This document shows positions 20,814 to 29,422 of a DNA stretch of 64,000 nucleotides, one piece after another (positions within the stretch are counted from its first letter, which is position 1; each line of letters begins with the position of its first letter). Both the position numbers and the translations under genes were made by a program. The DNA lies in assembly GCA_964585305.1 (NCBI GenBank), contig CAZPDM010000013.1, positions 1 through 64,000 on the forward strand. Reading direction: 5' to 3'. Below the pieces are notes generated by a model, which had not been told where the DNA came from, ran no database searches, and saw nothing but the letters and a program-made list of their open reading frames with translations. Origin of the DNA: an uncultured Planctomycetota bacterium (GTDB taxonomy: Bacteria > Planctomycetota > Uabimicrobiia > Uabimicrobiales > JABWCH01).

Positions 20814-20837
20814 TTTTCCTATAAAAACAGCAAGACC

Positions 20838-20866
20838 AGGCAAACTGCCTGGTCTTTAGAAAATGT
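20838..20866 (+). terminator. Hairpin (GACCAGGCA-aac-TGCCTGGTC) downstream of pruA; possible terminator
   Basis: 9-bp perfect stem. The T-tract is weak. Confidence 0.4.
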
Positions 20867-20912
20867 GTGCGCGGGTTAAGCCGCTTAAGCACAACTTCTA
20901 TTGCTGCTAGCC

Positions 20913-21095
20913 TCAGCCCCGGCGTTTATTCACACTACAAGAACTGCCAGAACCTGAAGCGGTAGAAAAACTGCCAACTAATTTTTTGCATTGAGCAGAG
21001 CCGCATTTGGGGCATTTTACTGCATCGCCTTCTTTGGCAACCATCTGTTCAAATTTGTGATGGCAAGTCTCGCATTCAAATTTGTAAAGTGGCAT
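20913..21095 (-). CDS. FmdB-family zinc-ribbon protein
   Basis: MPLYKFECETCHHKFE...CPKCGS: a CxxC...CxxC zinc ribbon with the FmdB N-terminal consensus (MPxYEYxCxxC). Confidence 0.65.
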   Translation of the reverse strand: MPLYKFECETCHHKFEQMVAKEGDAVKCPKCGSAQCKKLVGSFSTASGSGSSCSVNKRRG

Positions 21096-21216
21096 AAATT
21101 CTTTCCCAAAAAAGAAAATTAAATAAAACGAAAACTAATAAAAGTATACTTTTTTTTTTATAAAAATGCAATATATCCTAAAAAATAATAATAAATTTTT
21201 TTGAAGGGATTTAATT

Positions 21217-21795
21217 ATGATGGATGAAATCGCATTGACTCTTTCTATATTGAGTACAGTTATTGCAGTTGTTTCTGTTTATATTAGCCAGTTAAAACGG
21301 GGAAAAATTGTTCTGCCTTCTGTACGTGGATACCGTTTAGAACCCCTTAATTTTTATGTAGAAAATGAAGGTTATCGTGCCATACGTTTATCTCTTATGG
21401 TAACTTTTATGAATACAGGTGCTCAAACAGTCTCTATCAACGATTTGCGAGTAAAAATGCCTATTCCAGAAAAAGGAAAAGATTTGTTTTTACAATGGGT
21501 GGATGAATGTCCAGAACTTGCTTCCGAACAACGTAGTTTTGCTTCTCAACCGACTTTAGGACCTTATGGTAGTAGTAGTCATGTTTATACTTTTGTTAGC
21601 CCCTTTAAACCAGAATTTGGCCAATTAGTAAAATATCTTGAGGAAGTTTGTGAAAAAGAACCAGAAAAGTTATATGCTGCCAAGATTCAATTACGTTGCT
21701 GCAAAAATTGCTGGAGTAATTTAGCTGAAATTTATATTTGTCCAAATGGTCGTAATCATATCGAACGTGATTTTAATAAAATTAACGGGCTATAA
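21217..21795 (+). CDS. Hypothetical protein with N-terminal TM helix
   Basis: ORF with a hydrophobic N-terminus. No recognisable motif. Confidence 0.35.
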   Translation: MMDEIALTLSILSTVIAVVSVYISQLKRGKIVLPSVRGYRLEPLNFYVENEGYRAIRLSLMVTFMNTGAQTVSINDLRVKMPIPEKGKDLFLQWVDECPELASEQRSFASQPTLGPYGSSSHVYTFVSPFKPEFGQLVKYLEEVCEKEPEKLYAAKIQLRCCKNCWSNLAEIYICPNGRNHIERDFNKINGL

Positions 21796-21876
21796 TTAAA
21801 AAAACATGCTATTTAAACATCATTTTTAAAATTAAGAAATAGCATGTTTTATTACTTTTAAATTAGGGGGAGTGTT

Positions 21877-23706
21877 ATGGATGAAAGAGAACGATCGAAA
21901 CCGGCCGCTCGTAAAGTCTTCCAGCAACAGTTGGTTTTAAATGCAGTTTCAGAAGCTACTGATGAAAAAGAAGCTCAGGCTTTTTCAAATAGAAAAGATA
22001 TACGATTGCCCGATCAGAAAACTTCAGAAGAATTGCAACAAGAAAAAGGCGGTTTAAAAATTCGCGAAACTGGCTGGTGGTTCTGGCGAACTATTGTCCT
22101 TCCTCCAAATGCTTATGTTGTACATACAAGACGTGGTTGCAAAGCACCCATCACACTAGGATTGGGTATAAGTTTTCGATATAATCCTAATACAGATAGT
22201 TATATTACAGTTCCAGCAGCTTTGCAAACAATTGGTATTATTGCACAAGGGATTAGCAAGGAAAAGCAGGGCATTAGTATCTTAGCTTATGTACAATGGA
22301 TGATTAGTGATTTTGCAATTGCTTATCGGCATTTGGATTTTTCAGATAATAAAGATCCTATGGGAATTGTCAACGCTCAATTACGAGAGCAAGCAGAAGC
22401 TGCTATCAAAGATAAAATTTCTACCATGAGCGTACAGGAAATTCTTACAGACAAAGCCCCTATTATTAAAGAACTTACTCAACGGATGAAAGCTGTTGCC
22501 GAAGGAAAAGGTGAAGGCGGCGTAGGCGGTGGTTTGGGACTTCATATTGTTACAGTACAAATTAAGGAAGCCTTTGTAAGTTCTCAAAAACTTTGGGAAT
22601 TTTTACAAGCACCATTCCGTAATGAACGTGAACGCGAAGCAAGATTAAGCCGCTTGCGTGTTGAAGAAGAAATTCGACAACAGGAATTGGCCAATCGTAA
22701 AAGTATTGAGAATGCGGAGTCTCAAACTCAATCAGATATTTCTAAAATTAAAGCGAGTAAAGAAAGAGAATCTTTCGAAATTGTTTTAAAAGAACGCATC
22801 CGTCGGCAAGAATTAGAGAACGAAGAAAAACAACGTGTACTTGCTTTAGAACAAGAATTGCAAATGAAGAAACGCGAGTCTCAAAGAAGTTTGCAAGAAT
22901 ACGAGTTGTTGACAGAGCAAGAATTAAATATCATCAAGGCCAAACAAGCCCAATCTTTAGCTTTGCAAAAGATAACATTAGATTCTGAACAAACTTTAAA
23001 AGCAAAAGAAATTGAAGTTGAAGCAAGCGTAAAACAACTCGAAGCTGAAACAAAACTTAGAACTTCAGAATCAGAAGAGCAACAAAAATTAGATATTTTA
23101 AGAGCCAAACAAGAACAAGAACTTGCTTTGGAAAAAGCCCGTTTGAATGCTGACCAGCTTTTAACAGCAAAAGAAATCGAAATTACTGCCAATATGAAAA
23201 AAATTGAGGCAGAAACAAAACTGAAAGCATACGAATTTTCTTTACAGCTTCAACAATTAGAAGGTCAAAAAACTTTTTTGCAAAAAGAAGACGAGGTTTC
23301 GAAGATTGGTTTGCAATATAAGGTACAAAAAGAGCTTGCTGAAGCTGATCATAAACTTGCTTTACAACAAAAGACTTTTCAACAAACAAAGGCACAAGAA
23401 GAAGAAAGCTACCGTATTGCAAATGCTCAAAAGCAAAAAGAATTAGAATTCTTGCAGGCAAAACAAGCAATAGAAAATTCTGTTTCTCCTGAAAATTTAT
23501 CCAGCCGAATGATTTCTGTTCTACCAGAATTGGCCAAACAAATGCCGAAGATACAAGAATTACGTACGCTTAACATTTCAACAGATGGACAACATAGTGA
23601 TGGATTTTCCTTATTAGGAACATACCTTGCAAAATTATTAGAGATTGGACGTACATTAGGTATAAAACTTCCCAAGACAGAAGTAGAACAATCATCGAAA
23701 TCTTAG
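21877..23706 (+). CDS. SPFH/Band-7 (flotillin-like) domain protein with a long C-terminal coiled-coil
   Basis: N-terminal hydrophobic segment and an SPFH-like region (WWFWRTIVLPPNAYVVHTRRG...). The C-terminal roughly 350 aa is highly charged heptad-like repeats (Q/E/K/L rich). Confidence 0.5.
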   Translation: MDERERSKPAARKVFQQQLVLNAVSEATDEKEAQAFSNRKDIRLPDQKTSEELQQEKGGLKIRETGWWFWRTIVLPPNAYVVHTRRGCKAPITLGLGISFRYNPNTDSYITVPAALQTIGIIAQGISKEKQGISILAYVQWMISDFAIAYRHLDFSDNKDPMGIVNAQLREQAEAAIKDKISTMSVQEILTDKAPIIKELTQRMKAVAEGKGEGGVGGGLGLHIVTVQIKEAFVSSQKLWEFLQAPFRNEREREARLSRLRVEEEIRQQELANRKSIENAESQTQSDISKIKASKERESFEIVLKERIRRQELENEEKQRVLALEQELQMKKRESQRSLQEYELLTEQELNIIKAKQAQSLALQKITLDSEQTLKAKEIEVEASVKQLEAETKLRTSESEEQQKLDILRAKQEQELALEKARLNADQLLTAKEIEITANMKKIEAETKLKAYEFSLQLQQLEGQKTFLQKEDEVSKIGLQYKVQKELAEADHKLALQQKTFQQTKAQEEESYRIANAQKQKELEFLQAKQAIENSVSPENLSSRMISVLPELAKQMPKIQELRTLNISTDGQHSDGFSLLGTYLAKLLEIGRTLGIKLPKTEVEQSSKS

Positions 23707-23760
23707 TAAGTGGTTTGTCAACTAAATTGCTAGACATATTTTCCTTATCCTAGTGCACTA

Positions 23761-23900
23761 GTCCATGCACTGACGTGCATGGTAGGAATTAACCCGCCGC
23801 TTATAAATGATGGCTTTAACGAAAGAAAATTTGCAGCGGGTTCAATTCCTCACAGTTGAATCTCAAACACATAGTTGGCATATTTTTTAGTCCAAAAACT
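23761..23900 (+). ncRNA. Copy A of a roughly 135-bp repeated structured element (candidate sRNA or cis-regulatory RNA), upstream of 23957..24400
   Basis: About 85% identical to 29159..29297 in the same orientation. Conserved long-range stem GGAATTAACCCGCCGC / GCGGGTTCAATTCC. Followed by a perfect 13-bp hairpin at 23902..23933. Confidence 0.4.
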
Positions 23901-23956
23901 AAAGATGTATGAATTGAAATTCATACATCTTTAAATTATAGAAAGATAAAAAATTT

Positions 23957-24400
23957 ATGAGGGAAAACATTCTTGTATTCGCTTATAATATGGAACGTGA
24001 TTCTGCAAAATTTTATGCAAAAATGTCTAATCAAGTTAAAGGTAGTTATGTTAAAATTATGTTCAATGAATTATCTGAAGAAGAATTTAAACATCAACAA
24101 ATTTTGGAAAAAATGATAAAAAGACAAGTCGTTCCTAAATTGCCAAATGTTGAAATTCCAGATATTCATCTTTCTGATATATTAGATAAACCTGAACTTA
24201 CTGATGATATGGTTCCTAAAGACATTATTGCGTATGTAATTAAAATGGAAGAAGAGGCAATTTCTTTATATCAGTCTTTATATAACGCGGCAACAAATTT
24301 AGAAGATAAGGAAACATATTCAGAGTTGATCAAGATGGAATCTGTACATAAATATCGTTTTCAACGAGTGCTTGAAGATATTTCCTTGTGGGAAAAGTAA
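23957..24400 (+). CDS. Ferritin-like diiron-carboxylate (rubrerythrin-family-like) protein
   Basis: Two E...ExxH-type pairs (ERDSAKFY / EEEFKH; EEEAISLY / ESVHKY) spaced as in rubrerythrin/ferritin-like four-helix bundles. Confidence 0.45.
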   Translation: MRENILVFAYNMERDSAKFYAKMSNQVKGSYVKIMFNELSEEEFKHQQILEKMIKRQVVPKLPNVEIPDIHLSDILDKPELTDDMVPKDIIAYVIKMEEEAISLYQSLYNAATNLEDKETYSELIKMESVHKYRFQRVLEDISLWEK

Positions 24401-24432
24401 AAAAACAAGAGCTATCATTAGCTCTTGTTTTT

Positions 24433-25638
24433 TTACTTTTTAATGATAATATCTCTTCCAAAAATTGCAAAAAATATTGTTCCTATAATACCGCAAATTC
24501 CTGCAATTGCAAAATTTGTTTCCGGAGAAATTTCCCATAATGGAGCAGACGCAAGAGCCGCAAAAGAGACTATCACATCGCGAATAAGATAATATGTTCC
24601 AAATGTTACAGCTTTTGCATGTTCGGGTGCTAAATCCATAATAAGAGCTTTTCTAGTTGGCTCTCCAAATTCTTTGAGTCCTCTAATAATAAAGGCTAGA
24701 ATAAAAAGATAAAAATTGTTACAAAAAATTAACACCAATGGAAATAAAGTAAAAAAAATAAATGTGATCAAAACAAAACGTTTTTTTCCATATTTATCTG
24801 CCATATAAGCAATGGGAATATAAATTAAAACAGCTGTAATCATTTCAATTGTTGTTAAAATGCCAAATTTAGCTTCTGGAACATTATGATAGTTTACAAC
24901 CCAGAGTACAACAAAAGCATTTGGAATTTGCTCTGCGAACCGAATTAAAATATCAGATATGAGAAGATGCCTTAAATCAGGAGTAATATAGTTAAAAGAT
25001 TCGAGAATCCCAATTTCTTGCGTTTTTTCGTATTTATCTTCAATCCAAACAATTTGTATCCATATTGCAACTGCTGCAAAAATAAAGGCAATCCCAAATG
25101 CTAATCGAATACCAATTTGTTGACCATATTGGGCAATTAAAATACCTCCTAGCAATGGTCCTATTGCCATAGGAATACGTCGGATTAAAGAGTGCATGGT
25201 AACGCCCATAACACGTTTTTCTTTTGATGCAACTTTGTTTACTAAACTCATAATAGGAGGCAATGAAACTGCACTCCAAGCAATAAAAAGGATAGAAGCC
25301 GCCAATACAGCTTGCCAACTTGGAATCAGAATGACTATTGCATAACCAATCATCGCGATAATTGTAAAAAAAATAAGAGAACGTTTATATCCCCATGCTT
25401 GAGAGAGATATCCGCTAGGAAAAGAATATAACGCGCCAAGTAAATTTTGTAACGCATTAAAATAGCCAACAATATATACAGAGCCTCCTAGTGTTATTAA
25501 ATAAAGTGGCAAATATCGTTCGGCAATTCTTTCTCCCATGCCTACAAAAATTACCATGATTAGCATGGCAAACATGCTTGGATTGATACCAAAAAATTGA
25601 GAAATTTTTATATTATTATCTGAAAAATCTGTTTTCAT
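24433..25638 (-). CDS. MFS transporter
   Basis: About 12 TM helices, 401 aa, MFS-like loop motifs. Confidence 0.65.
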   Translation of the reverse strand: MKTDFSDNNIKISQFFGINPSMFAMLIMVIFVGMGERIAERYLPLYLITLGGSVYIVGYFNALQNLLGALYSFPSGYLSQAWGYKRSLIFFTIIAMIGYAIVILIPSWQAVLAASILFIAWSAVSLPPIMSLVNKVASKEKRVMGVTMHSLIRRIPMAIGPLLGGILIAQYGQQIGIRLAFGIAFIFAAVAIWIQIVWIEDKYEKTQEIGILESFNYITPDLRHLLISDILIRFAEQIPNAFVVLWVVNYHNVPEAKFGILTTIEMITAVLIYIPIAYMADKYGKKRFVLITFIFFTLFPLVLIFCNNFYLFILAFIIRGLKEFGEPTRKALIMDLAPEHAKAVTFGTYYLIRDVIVSFAALASAPLWEISPETNFAIAGICGIIGTIFFAIFGRDIIIKK

Positions 25639-25641
25639 ATT

Positions 25642-27612
25642 TTATTTTTGTAAAAAATTTTCTATTGCTTTTCTTAGTTCACTTCCAACTGCATAGATAT
25701 AGGGAAAATCTGAAATTACAATAGCATTTCCACCATTTAATAAATTTTGTCCAATGAAAATTTTCTTCTGTTGTTGAGGTGTAATAATTTTTAAACAATA
25801 TTGTGCTAGTTCTTCGCAACATTGAAATTTGCTTGCATCTTCTTTTTCTCCTAAAACTTCATCTGCCATAATCCAAGCACAGTGTCTTAAAACATTTTGC
25901 ATTTCTGGAGAGAAATAATTTTTATAAGAAGTTGTTTCTGAAATATTTTCTTTTTGAGATTTTATTGAAATTATGTCTATATTATTTTTTTGAGAGGATA
26001 TTTGAACTTCCTCTACATCTCCATAAATAAAAGCGTCTACACGAGTATTATAAAATTGAAAATGGCTGGAAAAAAATATTTCTTCTGTTGATAAAAATTG
26101 AGTGTTTTGAGTTGTTTTTTCTATAGGTTCAATACTATGTTTGGAAATAGAAAAATTTCTCCATAGAGTATCCTGATATAGAAGATGGGAGGAGCGGTTA
26201 TTGTCAAATATATATATATTTTGACGAACAAAGATATTTTCCTTTTCCCAAAACCATTCTAAATAATAGGTTTTATTAGAATTTATTTCTACCGCTAAAG
26301 AGTCCAATGTATGAGGAATATCTGTTCTTTGAAACTTTTGGGATTGAAGATTATCTAGACTATAAAAGAAATTGCTTACTTTTTTTGTTTCAATTTCCAT
26401 TTTCTTAGGTTCTTCTAATTCCCAATTTTTCTTAGAATTTTGAGATAATATCCAAGAAAATTGCGATTTTTTTTTGATACTAGAAATATTTTCCAACATT
26501 ATATTTTCTTCTGTAAATCGCAGAATTTTGGGATCTATCCATTGCTCTAAAGAAAGTGGAATATCTTTTAGCCAATAAGAATCTACTAAATATATATGAG
26601 AAAGACTTAATTTTTCTGGCATAAGTTCTATAGAGTAAAAATCTGTTAAAGTAATTTCTGCGCGTGCAACATAATAATAAGTATGACTATTTTTTTTGAC
26701 TTTATTTCCCACTAAAACAAATTCCACTTTTTCGTTTTGAGTTTGATATCCTAACAAATATGAATCTCTAAATTCTTCAATTGTTATATTGGAGGCATTT
26801 ACAAAATCTTGTATTTTAGCAGTACTTGCAAAACTCTCAAGTTTTTGAATAAGATAAGGCGATACACGATCTTGAAATGGACTTGTATTCTTATTTCCAT
26901 GAATTTCTTTAAGTTGCCAAATACCTTCTTCTTTTATGATAATTATTTTTTCTGTTCCGAATTTTTGCCAAGCCCAAATTAAAGGAAAATTCTTTTTAGA
27001 GATGTGAAATATTTTGCGGCTTCTCCAATCATCAGGACTTTCACGAATATTTTGAAGAGAAAAACGCATCTCTCCAGGAACTTGTAAAAGGATATTGCTT
27101 TGATTTAATCGCGCATAACTTGGCGTGTTATTTGCTAATACTATGTTTGATGTACTAGATGTATTTGATGTATTATCAGAAACATTAAATCCAAAATGTA
27201 AAATTTGTTGAGTATTACTATATTGTATTTGAATAGAATCCCCAAATGTTTCTAAATTGCTTAATCCATATTTAACCCATTCATTATCAGCAACTTTTTG
27301 GGGAGGGCTGCAAGATACTAATGTTGATAAAGTTTGTAAAAAATTGATAACAACAACATCATCAGCTACATCTTGTAAATGAGCATCTCTTTTTCGATAT
27401 TCTAATTTCCAACCAGTTGGCATTCGTTGTAATAATAATTGCGCTGTTCCAGAGTTTAAGATAATTTTCTGTATAGCAGAAAAATCAAAGCCTGTAAAAA
27501 TTGTTAAATCGGGTTGTTTTAATCTGTCTATATGAAGTGGTGGGTGCAAAAAAATTGCAGCAATACATAGTCCCACCGCTAAACTAAAAAGTATACATGT
27601 TTTTTGCAGCAT
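25642..27612 (-). CDS. Hypothetical secreted or membrane-anchored protein (656 aa)
   Basis: N-terminal signal/TM. No recognisable catalytic motif. Tightly packed between the MFS and epimerase genes. Confidence 0.4.
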   Translation of the reverse strand: MLQKTCILFSLAVGLCIAAIFLHPPLHIDRLKQPDLTIFTGFDFSAIQKIILNSGTAQLLLQRMPTGWKLEYRKRDAHLQDVADDVVVINFLQTLSTLVSCSPPQKVADNEWVKYGLSNLETFGDSIQIQYSNTQQILHFGFNVSDNTSNTSSTSNIVLANNTPSYARLNQSNILLQVPGEMRFSLQNIRESPDDWRSRKIFHISKKNFPLIWAWQKFGTEKIIIIKEEGIWQLKEIHGNKNTSPFQDRVSPYLIQKLESFASTAKIQDFVNASNITIEEFRDSYLLGYQTQNEKVEFVLVGNKVKKNSHTYYYVARAEITLTDFYSIELMPEKLSLSHIYLVDSYWLKDIPLSLEQWIDPKILRFTEENIMLENISSIKKKSQFSWILSQNSKKNWELEEPKKMEIETKKVSNFFYSLDNLQSQKFQRTDIPHTLDSLAVEINSNKTYYLEWFWEKENIFVRQNIYIFDNNRSSHLLYQDTLWRNFSISKHSIEPIEKTTQNTQFLSTEEIFFSSHFQFYNTRVDAFIYGDVEEVQISSQKNNIDIISIKSQKENISETTSYKNYFSPEMQNVLRHCAWIMADEVLGEKEDASKFQCCEELAQYCLKIITPQQQKKIFIGQNLLNGGNAIVISDFPYIYAVGSELRKAIENFLQK

Positions 27613-27629
27613 AATAATACTATATTTTT

Positions 27630-28610
27630 TTACACATACTTATTTTTTTTAAACCAATCTACAGCACGCATTAAAGCATCTTCAATACTTGTAGGCGCGA
27701 GACCTAATACTTTTTGAGCTTTTGTACTATCAAAAAACATAATCTTTTTTGCCATGCGAACGCCATCTAAAGGAACGCTAGGAGGTTTTCCAGTTATATT
27801 AGCTAAATTTTCAGAAATCAAACCAGCCATATAGGCAACAAAATATGGCATTTTGATTTTAGGGGCTTTTACTCCACTAATTTTTTCCAGTAATTGAAAA
27901 ATTTCTATCAGACGTAAATTTTGATGACCAAGAATATATCTCTCTCCTATTTGGCCTTTTTCTAAAGCTAATAAATGGCCTAAAGCAACATCTTCTACTG
28001 CAATTAAATTTAATCCTGTATCAAGATATGCTGGCATTTTTCCTTGTAAAAAATCTACGATAATTTTTCCAGTTGGTGTGGGTTTTATATCATAGGACCC
28101 TATTGGCGCACTAGGATTAACAATAACAATCGGTAATCCTTCGCTTGCTAATTCCATTGCAACTTTTTCTGCTAAATATTTAGATTTTTTATAATGACTA
28201 ACAATATCAGAAATTTCTGCTAAACTATTTTCGTCGGCACAAGAACCATCGCTATTTGCTTTTAATGTTGCTACAGAACTAGTATAAACGATTTTCTGTA
28301 TTCCAGCTTCAGCAGCTGCTATAAATAGATTTCTGCTTCCATCAACATTTATATCATAAAAAATTTGTGGATTTTTTTCCCATAAGCTATAATGAGCAGC
28401 TACATGAAAAAGATAATCACATCCGACTAATGCTTTTTGTAAAGAAGTAGCATCTCGTAAGTCGCCTGGAACAATCTCAATATTTAAATCTTGTAAATGT
28501 TGCGACGGCGTTCCTCTTACAATTGCTTTCACTTTAAATTTTGCTTCTACTAACTTGCGGGCTACCCAATAGCCTACAAATCCCGAAGCTCCTGTAACTA
28601 ATGCTTGCAT
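27630..28610 (-). CDS. NAD(P)-dependent epimerase/dehydratase (extended SDR)
   Basis: Rossmann TGASGFVGYWVARKL and YxxxK (YKKSKYLAEK). Confidence 0.75.
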   Translation of the reverse strand: MQALVTGASGFVGYWVARKLVEAKFKVKAIVRGTPSQHLQDLNIEIVPGDLRDATSLQKALVGCDYLFHVAAHYSLWEKNPQIFYDINVDGSRNLFIAAAEAGIQKIVYTSSVATLKANSDGSCADENSLAEISDIVSHYKKSKYLAEKVAMELASEGLPIVIVNPSAPIGSYDIKPTPTGKIIVDFLQGKMPAYLDTGLNLIAVEDVALGHLLALEKGQIGERYILGHQNLRLIEIFQLLEKISGVKAPKIKMPYFVAYMAGLISENLANITGKPPSVPLDGVRMAKKIMFFDSTKAQKVLGLAPTSIEDALMRAVDWFKKNKYV

Positions 28611-28686
28611 ATATATTTCTCCAATATCTTAGAAATTATTTTTCTACAAGAAAATTTTTTTCTTGCAGAAAAATAATAATAAATTC

Positions 28687-29067
28687 TTAGCACAAAGCTA
28701 TTGCTTCCATTTCAACTGCAACATCTTTTGGTAGTCTGCTGACTTCTACACAAGCACGTGCAGGTTTAGATGTCCCAAAATATTCTTGATAAATGTCATT
28801 AAGTTCTTTGAAATTGTTCATATCTTTAAGATAGATATTTACTTTAACAACTTTTTCTAAATTTGAACCTCCTGCAAGAATAACCGCTTTCAAATTTTCT
28901 AATACCTGGCGACATTGTTTTGAAAAAGATTCTGTAACAAGAGCATTTGTTTGGGGATCGATAGGGATTTGCCCGGAGATAAAAAGAAGATTTCCTGTTT
29001 TAACTGCTTGAGAATAAGGGCCAACAGGATTTGGGGCTTTCTCCGTATATACTATTAGTTTATCCAT
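28687..29067 (-). CDS. ridA: RidA/YjgF-family reactive-intermediate deaminase
   Basis: [25 protein letters not shown]...[11 protein letters not shown]...[11 protein letters not shown] is a classic RidA signature. The ATG at 29067 has an AGGAAA RBS; the ORF-track start 29091 is less likely. Confidence 0.85.
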   Translation of the reverse strand: MDKLIVYTEKAPNPVGPYSQAVKTGNLLFISGQIPIDPQTNALVTESFSKQCRQVLENLKAVILAGGSNLEKVVKVNIYLKDMNNFKELNDIYQEYFGTSKPARACVEVSRLPKDVAVEMEAIALC

Positions 29068-29158
29068 TGTTTTTTTCCTATAAAGTAACAAATATTAACT
29101 GAACTTAAGAATTTATTATACATTCCTATCTCAATACTAACTTTAGCTAAGTAAACTT

Positions 29159-29297
29159 GTCCATGCACGGATGGTAGGAATTAACCCGCCGCTTATAGAC
29201 GGTGATCTTTAACGAAAAAAAAATTTGCAGCGGCGGGTTCAATTCCTCATAGTTGGATATCAAACACGTAGTTGGCATATTTTTTAGTTCAAAAACT
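29159..29297 (+). ncRNA. Copy B of the roughly 135-bp repeated structured element, upstream of 29423..30829
   Basis: Aligns along its length with 23761..23900. The same stem is preserved, with a compensatory-compatible insertion in the 3' arm. Confidence 0.4.
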
Positions 29298-29422
29298 TTT
29301 GTCTATTCATTTATCTTAGCTTTTGAGAAAGTAAAGTCAAGAAAAAATTAGCATTTGGTTTGACTTTGCTAGGATTATATATACAACTTTTAACATTAGT
29401 TTCTACCAAGGAGGATGCCACA

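Noticed and set aside
20870-20912. GC-rich patch gcgcgggttaagccgcttaagcac...gcctcagccccggcg, a possible structured RNA
   Set aside because: It contains only a short self-palindrome (TTAAGCCGCTTAA) and no extended complementary arms. It lies in the 3' UTR region between convergent genes, so I see insufficient structure to call.
29360-29422. Longer start (MTLLGLYIQ...) for the first operon gene, as given in the ORF track
   Set aside because: The ATG at 29423 is preceded by a strong AAGGAGGA Shine-Dalgarno, and the upstream 21 codons have no RBS. The upstream extension would also run into the repeated-element region.
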